The notes under the pieces: model-generated | Database searches by the model: none | What the model was told of the DNA's origin: nothing | Seen by the model: only the letters and a program-made list of their open reading frames with translations | Position numbers and translations under genes: made by a program | From: Octopus sinensis | Lineage: Eukaryota | Direction: 5' to 3' | Length of the DNA stretch: 64,000 bases | NCBI RefSeq assembly: GCF_006345805.1 | Contig: NC_042998.1 | Span: forward strand, 111,848,001 to 111,912,000 | In this document: positions 1-10,599 of the stretch, one piece after another | How positions within the stretch are numbered: the stretch's first letter is position 1 | Layout of the letters: the number at the start of each line of letters is the position of its first letter

Positions 1-150
1 GGAGTTTCGTTCAATACTGATGCAGTGAGAGCTTGGTTGGATCAACTTTTCGAGTCGAAATCGGGTGATTTCTACCAACGAGGTATTGAAGATCTTGTTG
101 AACGTTGGAAAGAAGTTGTAAACAACAAGGGTGAAGACATTATTGATTAA
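1..150 (+). pseudogene. Mariner transposase C-terminal fragment (cut by window edge)
   Basis: Frame 1 reads GVSFNTDAVRAWLDQLFESKSGDFYQRGIEDLVERWKEVVNNKGEDIID*, matching the mariner C-terminal pattern W..F.SK..DFY.RGI..L.ERW..VV...G. Confidence 0.85.
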
Positions 151-191
151 TTAGTTGTTATTCTTTATTAAACCTTTTAAAAAATTTAAAT

Positions 192-1537
192 TTAAAAAAA
201 ACGCGGAAACTTAGTTGCCAACCCAAACATGCCAGTGATTATTGGAGTTCTTAAATACGTGACGAACTGTCTCAGTACCAATTTTGAGAAACTTGGACTT
301 ACAACTCACCTACTCAGAAGATTACAACTTCAGTCTGTCAAATATTGCAAAGCATTCCTAAAATTTAGAATCCCCATTAATTCCTGTGCCCATGCGTACA
401 TGTGCACATACATACATACATACATACATACATACATGTGAACTTACTGATGTGCAAACATGCATAGTGGGCATGTATGTATACATGCATATATACGTAT
501 ATAAATGCAAACATGCAAATATACCTACATGCGTGCATGGTCACGTACATACATATATACTACGTACATACACTCATACATGCATATATAAATGCATACA
601 CACATACATGCACATACATGCACACATACAAACATGCATGCATGCATACGTGCACGTACGCACGCGCACACACACACACACGCATACATACATGCATACA
701 TACATACATACATACATACATACATACATACATACATACATGCATACATACATACATACACATGTGCAAAAATACGTTGGCAACCAATTTAACATGCGTT
801 TCGGTTCTCATATAACGATGAATGATTATAATTATTTTCATGAAGAATTCAATCGTTTAACAGACTTCATAAAAAATTAAAAAAAACGCGGAAACTTAGT
901 TGCCAACCCAAACATGCCAGTGATTATTGGAGTTCTTAAATACGTGACGAACTGTCTCAGTACCAATTTTGAGAAACTTGGACTTACAACTCACCTACTC
1001 AGAAGATTACAACTTCAGTCTGTCAAATATTGCAAAGCATTCCTAAAATTTAGAATCCCCATTAATTCCTGTGCCCATGCGTACATGTGCACATACATAC
1101 ATACATACATACATACATACATGTGAACTTACTGATGTGCAAACATGCATAGTGGGCATGTATGTATACATGCATATATACGTATATAAATGCAAACATG
1201 CAAATATACCTACATGCGTGCATGGTCACGTACATACATATATACTACGTACATACACTCATACATGCATATATAAATGCATACACACATACATGCACAT
1301 ACATGCACACATACAAACATGCATGCATGCATACGTGCACGTACGCACGCGCACACACACACACACGCATACATACATGCATACATACATACATACATAC
1401 ATGCATACATACATACATACACATGTGCAAAAATACGTTGGCAACCAATTTAACATGCGTTTCGGTTCTCATATAACGATGAATGATTATAATTATTTTC
1501 ATGAAGAATTCAATCGTTTAACAGACTTCATAAAAAA
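192..1537. repeat. Tandem segmental duplication, units 192-876 (685 bp) and 877-1537 (661 bp)
   Basis: Identical ORFs 685 bp apart (229/914, 386/1071); units differ by 24 bp of TACA repeat; ttaaaaaaa microhomology at 192, 877 and 1538. Confidence 0.95.
198..226 (+). mobile_element. Mariner 3' terminal inverted repeat
   Basis: acgcggaaacttagttgccaacccaa; its reverse complement TTGGGTTGGCAACTAAGT.. is a mariner-type TIR start; lies about 50 bp after the transposase stop. Confidence 0.75.
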
Positions 1538-1740
1538 TTAAAAAAATAAAAAATGAAAGAAAAAACGAAAAAAGAAAAAAAAACCGAAATATGAGTTCGT
1601 GAAATGAATAACGGTTGATTTCCGATAGCGTTGGTTAACAAAAGGCCGCATTATATTCAAAAAATCCCTATTTGTTAATAGATTCCAGTATATAACTGTG
1701 GATGAAACCATATGCTTTTTTTCACACATCGTATATTTTC

Positions 1741-1782
1741 ACAAGTACACACACACACACACACAACACACACACACACACA

Positions 1783-1826
<44 letters not shown>

Positions 1827-2009
1827 TGTTGAATTCTTTCAGTGTTGCCGTTTAGCCTCCAAGTGGGCCATGACTGAGCAAATATTCAAATGAATCTAAG
1901 TCATTACTATCTCGATGTGTGTGTGTGTGTTTGTGTCTGTGTGCACACGTGCGTTTGTATTTATGTATGGATGTATGTGCGTACGTACATACATACATGC
2001 ATACATACA

Positions 2010-2042
<33 letters not shown>

Positions 2043-2336
2043 TGTATGTATGTATGTATGTATGTGTGTATGTATGTATGTATGTATGTGTGTATGTATG
2101 TATGTATGTATGTATGTATGTGTGTATGTATGTATGTATGTATGTATGTATGTATGTATGTATGTATGTATGTACTTATAGGTGTGTGCGCGTGTGTGCG
2201 AGCGCGTGTGTCAAGTTCTAATAAAATCAATTTTATCTTGAATTGAAAGATTATTCACGACTTTTTGTCGAGTACGTATTTTGACAAAATGAATCTTGGT
2301 AGTGGGTTCGAAGATTCAGCCTGCTAACCATCAATA

Positions 2337-2384
<48 letters not shown>
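1741..2384. repeat. Microsatellite cluster (CA)n, (TATG)n, (TG)n
   Basis: (CA)n about 1746-1822, (TATG)n about 2013-2174, (TG)n 2341-2384. Confidence 0.95.
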
Positions 2385-2387
<3 letters not shown>

Positions 2388-2412
2388 TCAATTATGAATT
2401 AGTGTTGTAAAC

Positions 2413-2748
2413 ATCGACGGTACACGTTCAACGTATGTGTATTGTTCGTTCGCTGGCAGCTGCCCGATGGCGTGGTGGGGATGTCTCCCCCAGGGGTTAA
2501 AACCCCTGAAAATCATAGACAAGCGAGGCAATTCGGCCCTAATCCCATTTAGGAGGGATGTACACCGATATATCGGATACCAAAACATCGGTATCCGTCA
2601 CTCCTGAATGGGATCAGAGACGAGTTGTCTCGCCTATAATTTGCAGTTGTTTTAACACCCTGTGCATTGAAGAGGTCATACCTAGCGCGCCATCCCGCAA
2701 CATATCGGCGAAGAAGCAAAACACATATACTGAATATATGCGGTCGAT
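2413..2748. repeat. Degenerate 336-bp foldback (long imperfect inverted repeat)
   Basis: atcgac..ttca (2413) pairs with tgaa..gtcgat (2748); gatggcg/cgccatc; gcgaggcaattcg/cgagttgtctcgc; atcccatttaggag (2542-2555) with ctcctgaatgggat (2601-2614). Confidence 0.75.
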
Positions 2749-3023
2749 AATATATATATATTAGTTTGGGTAGAGTTGTGAAAAGAACCGCTGTGTGATC
2801 AACAGCTTTCCTCATGTCTCCGGAAATTATATCTGCATTTTTATGGATGGATTCACCTTCTCTAGGAAGTTAACAATCTATTTAAAATTTTTTATAAAAC
2901 TGTGCATCATTAGAAAGCATTTTGAGTCTGCTTATAATTTGACTTTAAATTTCATAGAACTCACTCCTATTACTTCATGAGGATAGTCACACTCTCTAGT
3001 ATGTCTGGAAAACATATATGTGA

Positions 3024-3112
3024 TTTAGCTGATGAATACTGGACATTTGTATTTGCTGCAATACTCGCAGCTTTAAATAAAATTGTTCTTGGTATGAAAC
3101 AATTGTACTAAA
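3024..3112 (+). ncRNA. Type I hammerhead ribozyme motif
   Basis: tttag-CTGATGA-atac...gtat-GAAA-caattg-TA-ctaaa: helix I tttag/ctaaa, helix II atac/gtat with long extension, palindromic helix III ACAATTGT, GUA triplet, predicted cut after 3107. Confidence 0.75.
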
Positions 3113-3549
3113 CTACTAATCCATTCTTGTTGCTTTTTTCTTGGTTATATATATATATATAATATATATAGTTAATTCGAGGAAGTTATAACCTCTAGGG
3201 ATTATATAATCTAAGATACTCCACTGGTTAATCTCTATCCATACATAGGAATATTACTATTTTTACATTATGTATATATAATTTTTAATAATAATAATAA
3301 TGATAATAATGATAATACACATACACACACACATACATACATATATTAATTCTAAAATCTTATTCAGAGTTGAGTACATCAACAGCGGATGAACTGGTTA
3401 GAAGAATGACAGTTCGGGTGATTAGTTTGGGTGGATAAATGATACAAGGTTTTTGGTGTTTAGGAATTAGGCATCATTCCTATACAAAATAGGTCTCCTG
3501 AATCAAAATATAACATTATTTTTGACCTATCAGATCTAATTTTTAAGTT

Positions 3550-4446
3550 ATTGAGCCCTATAATCACGTGGTTGACTGCTATATTTGTAACCTAAATTTG
3601 AAGGGTATTAAAAGGAAAAATCAACAAACCCTTGTCTATTCTAATCTTGCCTCTGCTTTTAGACCGGTTCCACACAATGAAGAGCTTCCAGTGCCTGTCT
3701 TCAATGTCTTGCCTCAGATAACTTTACCCTCAACCGAGGAAGATTCATCACCTGAAGATGACACTAGAGATAAAAACTTTTCAGTTGAGACTTTATCTCA
3801 GCTATTCTCCCAGGCAGAGCTGAATGATCTAGTTCGTGGCTTGAACCCCACAAAAATTTCTGCTGAATTGTTGTTTTCCCAAATGAAAGAGAAGAATCTT
3901 CTAGAGAATGATGTCCGTATAACCTTTTATCGGAGTCGGCATGAAGAGTTCCTTTCATTCTTCACAAAAAGAGCTGGTTTACTGCAGAAATATCAGAGGG
4001 TTTCTTAATAAGCTTGGCATTGAGGAATACAAACAAAACGAATGGCATCTTTTCATCAAGGAGATGGAAACTCGGTACCAAGGACGTTGGTATGCTTTGA
4101 TGATGGCAGACAATTGTTGATGTTTAAAACAAGATAATCATGTTGCTCAACATTCACAGTGCACAAAAATGCGTAAATATATTCCTTGAATTTTCTGCCA
4201 AAAATCTTTGCCAAAAGTGTATTTTCAATTCTGAATTTTTATTTGTACTTTGTTTCGTTACTCTCTATTGATTCATATTATATGTCTCTTGTATGAATAA
4301 AATACTTACTCTATCAGGTCTAATCAGAAAACTAGACTTGATTGAGAAAAAACTGAAGTTATTTTTGAATTTAGCAAGCAAAATCAATTTAAGAATTCGT
4401 TGAAATATTCCTGGCACCAAACAAAAAAGCAATTTGTTGCCCAGTG
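3550..4446 (+). mobile_element. Internally deleted Chapaev3 (CMC) DNA transposon relic
   Basis: EPYNHVVDCYIC, SAFRPVPHNEELPVP, QAELNDLVRGL..AELL.S.MKEKNLL, LGIEEYKQNEWHLFI fused at about 4057 to KEMETRYQGRW..MMAD; ends ttgttgcccagtg followed by taa (Chapaev3 CAC/GTG termini, TWA target). 5' terminus not identified. Confidence 0.8.
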
Positions 4447-4486
4447 TAATAGGTGTAATAGGTGTAAGGAATGCATTTAAATGAGA

Positions 4487-5310
4487 AGGCGCAGTCATGG
4501 CTCTGAAGTAAGAAGCTGGCTTTCCAACCACATGATCCAGGGTTCAGTCCTACACGGTGTCATCTTCTTAATTCTTTATTGCCCACAAGGGACTAAACAT
4601 AGAGGGGACAAACAAGGACAGATAAAGGGATTAAGTCGGTTAGATCGACCCCAGTGCGTAAGTGGTACTTAATTTACTGACCCCGAAAGGATGAAAGGCA
4701 AAGTTGACCTCGGCGGAATTTGAACTCTGAACATAACGGCGGACGAAATACCGTTAAGCACTTGGCCCGGCGTGCTAACGATTCTGCCAGCTCGCCGCCT
4801 TAGTAGAAGATGACATGGTGTCTTCTACTATAGCCTCGGTGCGACCAAAGCCTTGCGAGTGGATTTGGTTGACAGAAACTGAATGAATCCCGTCGTATAT
4901 GTGTGCGTGTGTGTGAGTGTGTGTGCGCGCGCGCATATATGCGTGCATTTAGTGTGCGTGCGGGCGCGTGTGTGTATGTGTGTGTATGTGTGTGTGTGTG
5001 TGTGTGTGTGCGTCTGTGTGTGTGTGCGTCTGTGTATGTGCGTGTCTGTGTATGTGTGTGTGTGTATATATGTGTGTGTGTGCACGCGTCTGTGTATGAG
5101 TGTGTATCTTTGTGTTAGTGCACCACCACTACCATCACTTGACAACAGGTGTTGGTGTGTTTACGTTCCCGTAACCCAGCGGCTCGGCAAAAGTACCGAT
5201 AAAATAAGTACCAAGCTTATAAAAAGTTATTACCAGGGTTGACTTGTTCGACTAAAATCCTTCAAGTAGTGCCACAGCTTGGCCGAGGTCTAATGACTGA
5301 AGCAAGTGCA
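4487..5310 (+). mobile_element. SINE family C, split by a nested family A SINE
   Basis: tRNA-like head (agaagctggctttccaaccacatgatccagggttcagtcc) at 4487-4564; body resumes at about 4818 (tgtcttctactatagcc) with TG tract and tail ending aatgactgaagcaag. Confidence 0.8.
4565..4801 (-). mobile_element. SINE family A (tRNA-derived), full monomer
   Basis: Minus strand aaggcggcgagctggcagaatcgttagc..gttcaaattcc (B box)..gtgggcaataaagaa; homologous copies at 20095-20717, 32531, 45945, 47178. Confidence 0.9.
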
Positions 5311-5399
5311 AAAAAACAACAACAAAAAACAAACAAATAAAAAAAAACCAACTAAAAGATACTACAGGATTCAAATATTCGGTAAGTGATTGATATCAT

Positions 5400-5600
5400 G
5401 ATGCATATTATGAAAAACAGAAATACGTTCATCATTTACATTATTTACATTATCTACATTCGACGGATATTTGTCCTCATCTTGTTTGTTGTTAACACAA
5501 CGTTTCGGATGATATACCCTCCAGCCTTCATCAGGTGTTTTGGGGAAATTTCGAACCTGGGTTCTCATTCCTAAGGTATTTTTCGATGTTGCTGTCGTTG
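5400..5600 (-). mobile_element. Penelope-like terminal repeat segment carrying a hammerhead motif
   Basis: Contains the HHR below; 5446-5480 is the inverted copy of 7938-7972. No coding part seen, so PLE affiliation is inferred. Confidence 0.6.
5494..5539 (-). ncRNA. Minimal type I hammerhead ribozyme motif
   Basis: Minus strand aacac-CTGATGA-a-ggctg-gagggtatat-catcc-GAAA-cg-TT-gtgtt: helix I aacac/gtgtt, palindromic helix III ACGT, GUU triplet, one extra A after A9, one mismatch in helix II. Confidence 0.7.
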
Positions 5601-5606
5601 TTGTTG

Positions 5607-5645
<39 letters not shown>

Positions 5646-5669
5646 TATTATTATTATTATTATTATTGT

Positions 5670-6005
5670 GAAGGCGCATGGCACTGTGGTAAGAACGTCG
5701 AACCTACGACCGTGAGGTTGTGTGTTCGAATCCCGTACCGGGCTGGGTGTTGCGTTCTTGAGCGAGACACTTTATTTTACGTTGCTCCAGTTTACTCAGC
5801 TGTAGAAATGAGTTGCGACGTCACTGGTGCCAAGCTGTATCAGCCTTTGCCTTTCCCTTGGGTAACATCGGTGGAGTGGAGAGGGGAGGCTGGTATGCAT
5901 GGGCGTGATATAATGGTCTTCCATAAACAACTTTGCCCAGACTTGTGCCTCGGAGGGTAACTTTATAGATGCAATTCCATGGTCATTCGTGACCGAAAGG
6001 GGTTT
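5670..6005 (+). mobile_element. SINE family D (tRNA head, CORE/V-like central motif, tail T2)
   Basis: ggcgcatggcactgtggt..gttcgaatccc head; ttcttgagcgagacacttta..cagctgtagaaatgag centre; tail homologous to 8345-8618. Confidence 0.85.
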
Positions 6006-6016
6006 CCGGCTCCGGA

Positions 6017-6047
<31 letters not shown>

Positions 6048-6048
<1 letters not shown>

Positions 6049-7786
6049 TATGTTTGACTTTTGCTTTATGTTTGTACAAGTTGGCTCCAAGTCTCACCCA
6101 GAGACCTCAAGAGACAACAGGGTTGGAAGTTCATGTTGTTGTTATGCCTAGTGTGCCATATATTTGGGGGGTGGGGATGTTGTACTAATGAATGTCTAAA
6201 AAAAAAAAAAAAGTTTTTTTTTTTTTTTTTTTTTTAAACCGAAAATTATGGTTGTTTTAAACCTTGAGGTTACATAGAGAGTATTTTGCGTAGGATATGA
6301 GCAGTTCCCATGAGCACTATCTTTTGAACTTCTGCCATTTTGGGGTTTCCTGGTATCTGAGTTAGGTAGCTATCAGCCCCTTTTGCTATCATTCCCAGGG
6401 CACCTATGACAACAGGTATTGTTTTAGTCTTCAGCTTCCACATTTTGCTGATTTCTATTTCAAGATCTTTATATTTGCTTAGTTTTTGGTAGGTCCTGAC
6501 AGATACGTTTATATCGATTGGGACAGTCATATCAATGAGGAGGCATGTTCTTTGTTTGAAGTCTTTCAATATGATGTCTGGCCTATTTGCATCTATCTTC
6601 CTGTCAGTTTGAATGGTGAAGTTCCAGAGGAGTGAGATGTGGTCATTTTCAAGCACTGGGGGTGGTTTGTGTTCCCACCAGTTTTTTTCATGGGGCAAAT
6701 CCAGGTTTTTACAGATTACCCAGTGAATATATTGTGCAGCTCTATCGTGCCTGTTGAGATACTCTGTAGGCGCTAGAAGACTGCACTTGGAGACCACATG
6801 GTCAATGGTTTCATTTTGTTGCTTGCATACACGACACGTTGGACTGCTTCTGATCTTAATATGTTGGCCTGGTAGTTTCTTGTTGGTAGGCATTGATCTT
6901 GAGCTGCTATGATAAACCCCTCTGTTTCAGATTTTAAGCCAGAGGCCATTAGCCATTGATGGGTCAGGGCTTTGTCGATATCTGCATTATTCGCTCTCTT
7001 TGGGTATTTGCCATAGAGAGGTTTTTCTTGCCATTTATTATTCAGAATATCTAAGGCCGCAGTTTTGGCACGGGTTTTCATGCGCCTAGCTTTTTCTGTG
7101 CTTGTTTCTTGTATGTCTATCTCTAATTCCGAAATTGGTTGTATTCGGAATTCACTTAGATATTCCTTTGCCTGTTTTGTGACTGAGTATGATGCTTTCT
7201 TGTTTTCATGTTTTGAGACAAGTTTTAACATCCAGTCCTCAGAGTTTTTCAGGTAGGTGTCTAGGCCAATTGTAGCAATCTTCATTGTTATTGCCAGTTG
7301 CAAAAGACCACGGCCTCCCTCTTTTCTTGGCAGATAGAGTCGTTCTGTATCTGCCTTAGGGTGGTGCATTCTATGCATTGTCAACAGTTTCCTTATTTTT
7401 CTGTCGAGCTGACATATTTCAGTAATTGACCAGTTAACAATATTGAAACTGTAAGTCACGACTGGTATAGCTAATGCATTGATTGCTTCGATCCTGTTTC
7501 TTGCATTCAGCTCTGTCTTGAGTATTGCTCTCACTCTTCGATAGCATTCTCTCCTGATCCTTTCCTTCATCTCTGAATGCCTTATTCCGTTCCCTTCAAT
7601 TACCCCTAGGTACTTGTAGCTCTCCGCTGGGTCTAGTTCTTTTATGACATTCTGTTGGTCAAGGTTAACGTTAGATGTTTCTGTCATTTTTCCTTTGATA
7701 AAGGTAGCCTTTGCACATTTATCGAGGCCGAATTGCATTCTGATGTCGTCACTGAATTGTTTGACTATCGCTAGTAAGCCCTTGAG

Positions 7787-7789
<3 letters not shown>
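6048..7789 (-). mobile_element. R4/Dong-clade non-LTR retrotransposon, 5'-truncated
   Basis: RT C-terminal part, CCHC finger and restriction-like endonuclease; flanked on both sides by (TAA)n (6018-6047 and 7790-7853). Confidence 0.92.
6270..7789 (-). pseudogene. R4/Dong ORF 3' half: RT end, CX2CX8HX4C, PD-(D/E)xK endonuclease; one frameshift near 6860
   Basis: FSDDIRMQFGLDKCA, YKYLG, HPKADTERLYLPRKEGGRGL, ETEGFIIAAQDQ, CRVCKQQNETIDHVVSKC, HDRAA, NRPDIIL..LIDMTVP..KLSKY, PVVIGALG. Confidence 0.9.
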
Positions 7790-7854
<65 letters not shown>

Positions 7855-7855
7855 T

Positions 7856-7937
7856 AGGTCACTACCTGGAATCGAACTCGGAATCTTGGGGTTAGTAGCC
7901 CGCGCTCTTAACCACTACCCGTGGGCATATGGCGTAG
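7856..7937 (-). mobile_element. tRNA-derived head at the centre of a palindromic element
   Basis: Minus strand tagtggttaagagcgcggg-ctactaa-ccccaagattccgagttcgattccaggtagtgacc then (TAA)n; plus-strand gggcatatggcgtag (7923-7937) is the start of the mirror arm. Not an intact tRNA gene. Confidence 0.7.
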
Positions 7938-8344
7938 ATGAGGACAAATATCCGTCAAATGTAAATAATGTACATAATTCCTCATCTCTTAAATATAGAT
8001 ATACGTTGTCTCAAAGACACATAAGCTGACATATTATCAACACATTCATCTAAAATATGAGTATCTTTATGCAACAAACATAGAACATTCTTCTGAGACG
8101 GATGAATAACAAATGCGACGTTTGGAATAATATTCACGATAAATATTGGCATCGAGAAGTTAAGGACAGAGTGAGACGATTGGTAAGGGAAAGGTTCTTG
8201 CAAGCGATATAGAAAGAAGGGCGAAAAAGAGAAAAGGTGAAGCTAAGAGACGTCAGATAAGCAAAGAGAAGTAAAGTATGAAGAGGAAAGGCGGCGGGTG
8301 AGGAAGTACGTAATGAAGTAAGGGGAAAGACAAAGGGTAAAGGG

Positions 8345-8618
8345 TAAAGATCCGCTTCGGTCATGAATGACCATGGAATTGCACCTAGAAAGTTACCCTC
8401 CGAGGCACAAGTCCGGACAAGGTTGTTTTATGGAATACCAGCATTCGGCTATGCTTACCAGCCTCCGTTCTCCACACCGATGTTATCCAAGAGAAAGGCA
8501 AAGGCCGATAGAGTTTGGCACCAGTGGTTGTCGCAGCTCATTTCTACAGCTGAGTGAATTGGGGGTAACGTGAAATAAAGTGTCTTGCTCAAGAACACAA
8601 CACGCAGCCCTATCCGGG
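8345..8618 (-). mobile_element. SINE family D, head missing
   Basis: Reverse complement of the 5740-6000 centre and tail. Confidence 0.8.
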
Positions 8619-9899
8619 AGGCGAGAAAAAAATTTTTTTTATTATTAAACTAAATCTATAATATTATTCTTCTACCTGGTCATTCACACTTAACGCTTTA
8701 GTTTGTTAGAGAGGAGAAGAAGAAGAAGGAGGAGGAGGAGGAGGGGAGGGCGAGGACGAGGACGACGACGAGTAAGAGTGAGTGAGAGAGCAGATAACCA
8801 GCTGATGTGTTATACTGTCACTCATGTGGTTAGTGGAAGTGAGAGGTGAAGAGAAAGAGAGAAATGAAGAAGCGAATTACGCGGTTAAAAAGTTTGTTGA
8901 AGAAGTAGAGAGAAAGAGGGAAATATAACGAGTTTAGCAGAGGGAAATTTTAACATCATAATATACAATATTGTTATGACTGGAAGTGAAATAATTTAGC
9001 ATACTAAAAATGAAAATGCAAATCATAGTTTCTTTCTTAAATTGCTTCTTTCAATCTTTTTCGTTCTGTGGAATTTCCTCGGGTCCCTCGAGATAATATA
9101 GTTAGCATTGCCTATCATTCTCATCAGTACTTTTTGTTCGCTTGTAAATGAACGACGAAATTTGTTATCAACGTATTTTTATAGGAAGTTTAGAACAAAA
9201 AAGTATAAAATATTAAATTATCGAATGAAAAACCCATCACTACTTCACCAAAAAAAAAAAAAAAAAAAAAGATAAAAGGGTGGGTAAGCATCAGAAAACA
9301 GGGGAGGAGTGAGTAACGAGTTTTACACTCCAGATCAAATGGCGTGTTCAGCTGCACGTTGCGGAGATGAGTTCGAAGGTGTTGACGCGGAGAATAGCCA
9401 GTGACGCTCACTGCAACAGCCAACCCACCTCTCGGTCCACGTTTCTACAATAACGAAATGAGGAATTTTTTTCTGTATAAAAATGAGTTAGCTTCCCTTA
9501 CCATACTGAAATATTGAGTTATTCCCCTTTACAAAGTTTATTAGAAGACTTATCCCTGCATATGCAAGTGTATACCAGTCTGAGAGAGAGTGTGTGAGTG
9601 TGTGCATGAGTGTGTGTATGTGTGTTGTGTGTGATTGTGTGTATGCACACGCCGACCACACACATACATGCGCACACATTAATTAATCATTTTTGCTTTT
9701 ATCATTTAGTCAAGAAGGGAGACAGTGCTCTGACATGTTGCACGGACTCCAAAACTGATGGAAAGCGGGAGAGAAGGTATCCTTAAACGGGAAACTAACC
9801 CTGAATGCTTCCAACCAAGTGCATTCTGCTAAAGGCAGTCAATGTGTCATGTGATGGTGTTAAGCCGGGGAACGGATTAAGCCTATTGTCGAATTAGAG

Positions 9900-10100
9900 C
9901 ACGGTGAGATTTGAACTCAGAACGCAAAAATCCGAGATAACAACCGCAAGACATGTCCTCCTTGGAATGGAACGTTCCTTTTTTTCGACCTCGAAAGAAT
10001 GAAATGTAAGGTGGACATCGGTGGGATTTGAACTCAGAGCGAAGAATCTCAGAACAAATACTGTGTAGTTTCTATGTGACGCTCTAATGACTCGTTTTAG
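9900..10100 (-). mobile_element. Degenerate family A SINE fragments
   Basis: Two gatttgaactcag B-box motifs plus tcgacc.cgaaag.atgaaa. Confidence 0.5.
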
Positions 10101-10493
10101 ACTGTAATTTGTGGCCACAAATGAAAGACCAGAAACCACTTTCATTAGCATGTTTCGGACAGAAGGAACAGTGCTCCAGGGTTGAGTAAGAGTGCAAAAT
10201 CATACATTTCATCACAGCGTGACCTTATTTTCTAGTTCATATAAGAACAAGGAGCGGAAGATATCAGCAAGTTCACACTACTTCGACTCCAGATTTCAGA
10301 AATATTGTGCATTAGAGGTATAATAAGAATAAGCATATTGCGTCCTAGCAACTGCTTATCGGTCATGTTAAGGTAAATATGAATTATAACATACATACAT
10401 GCATACAAACATACAAACAAACATACATACATACATACATACATACATACATACATACATACATACATTATGCATGTATGTATATGTGTGTGC

Positions 10494-10527
<34 letters not shown>

Positions 10528-10599
10528 CTACTATCGTAAGTAAATATGAATGAATGTATGTATATATGTATATATCAGGAGTTCATATATATATATGTT

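Noticed and set aside
386-2246. Many His/Thr/Tyr/Ile or Met/Tyr/Val/Cys-rich ORFs, also at 23865-24488, 31603-32294, 48612-53483 and 59684-60669
   Set aside because: They are translations of TACA, TA and CA microsatellites that lack stops in several frames.
7856-7917. Possible tRNA gene with ACT anticodon loop
   Set aside because: Acceptor stem and 5' end are missing and it is embedded in a repeat; treated as a retroelement head.
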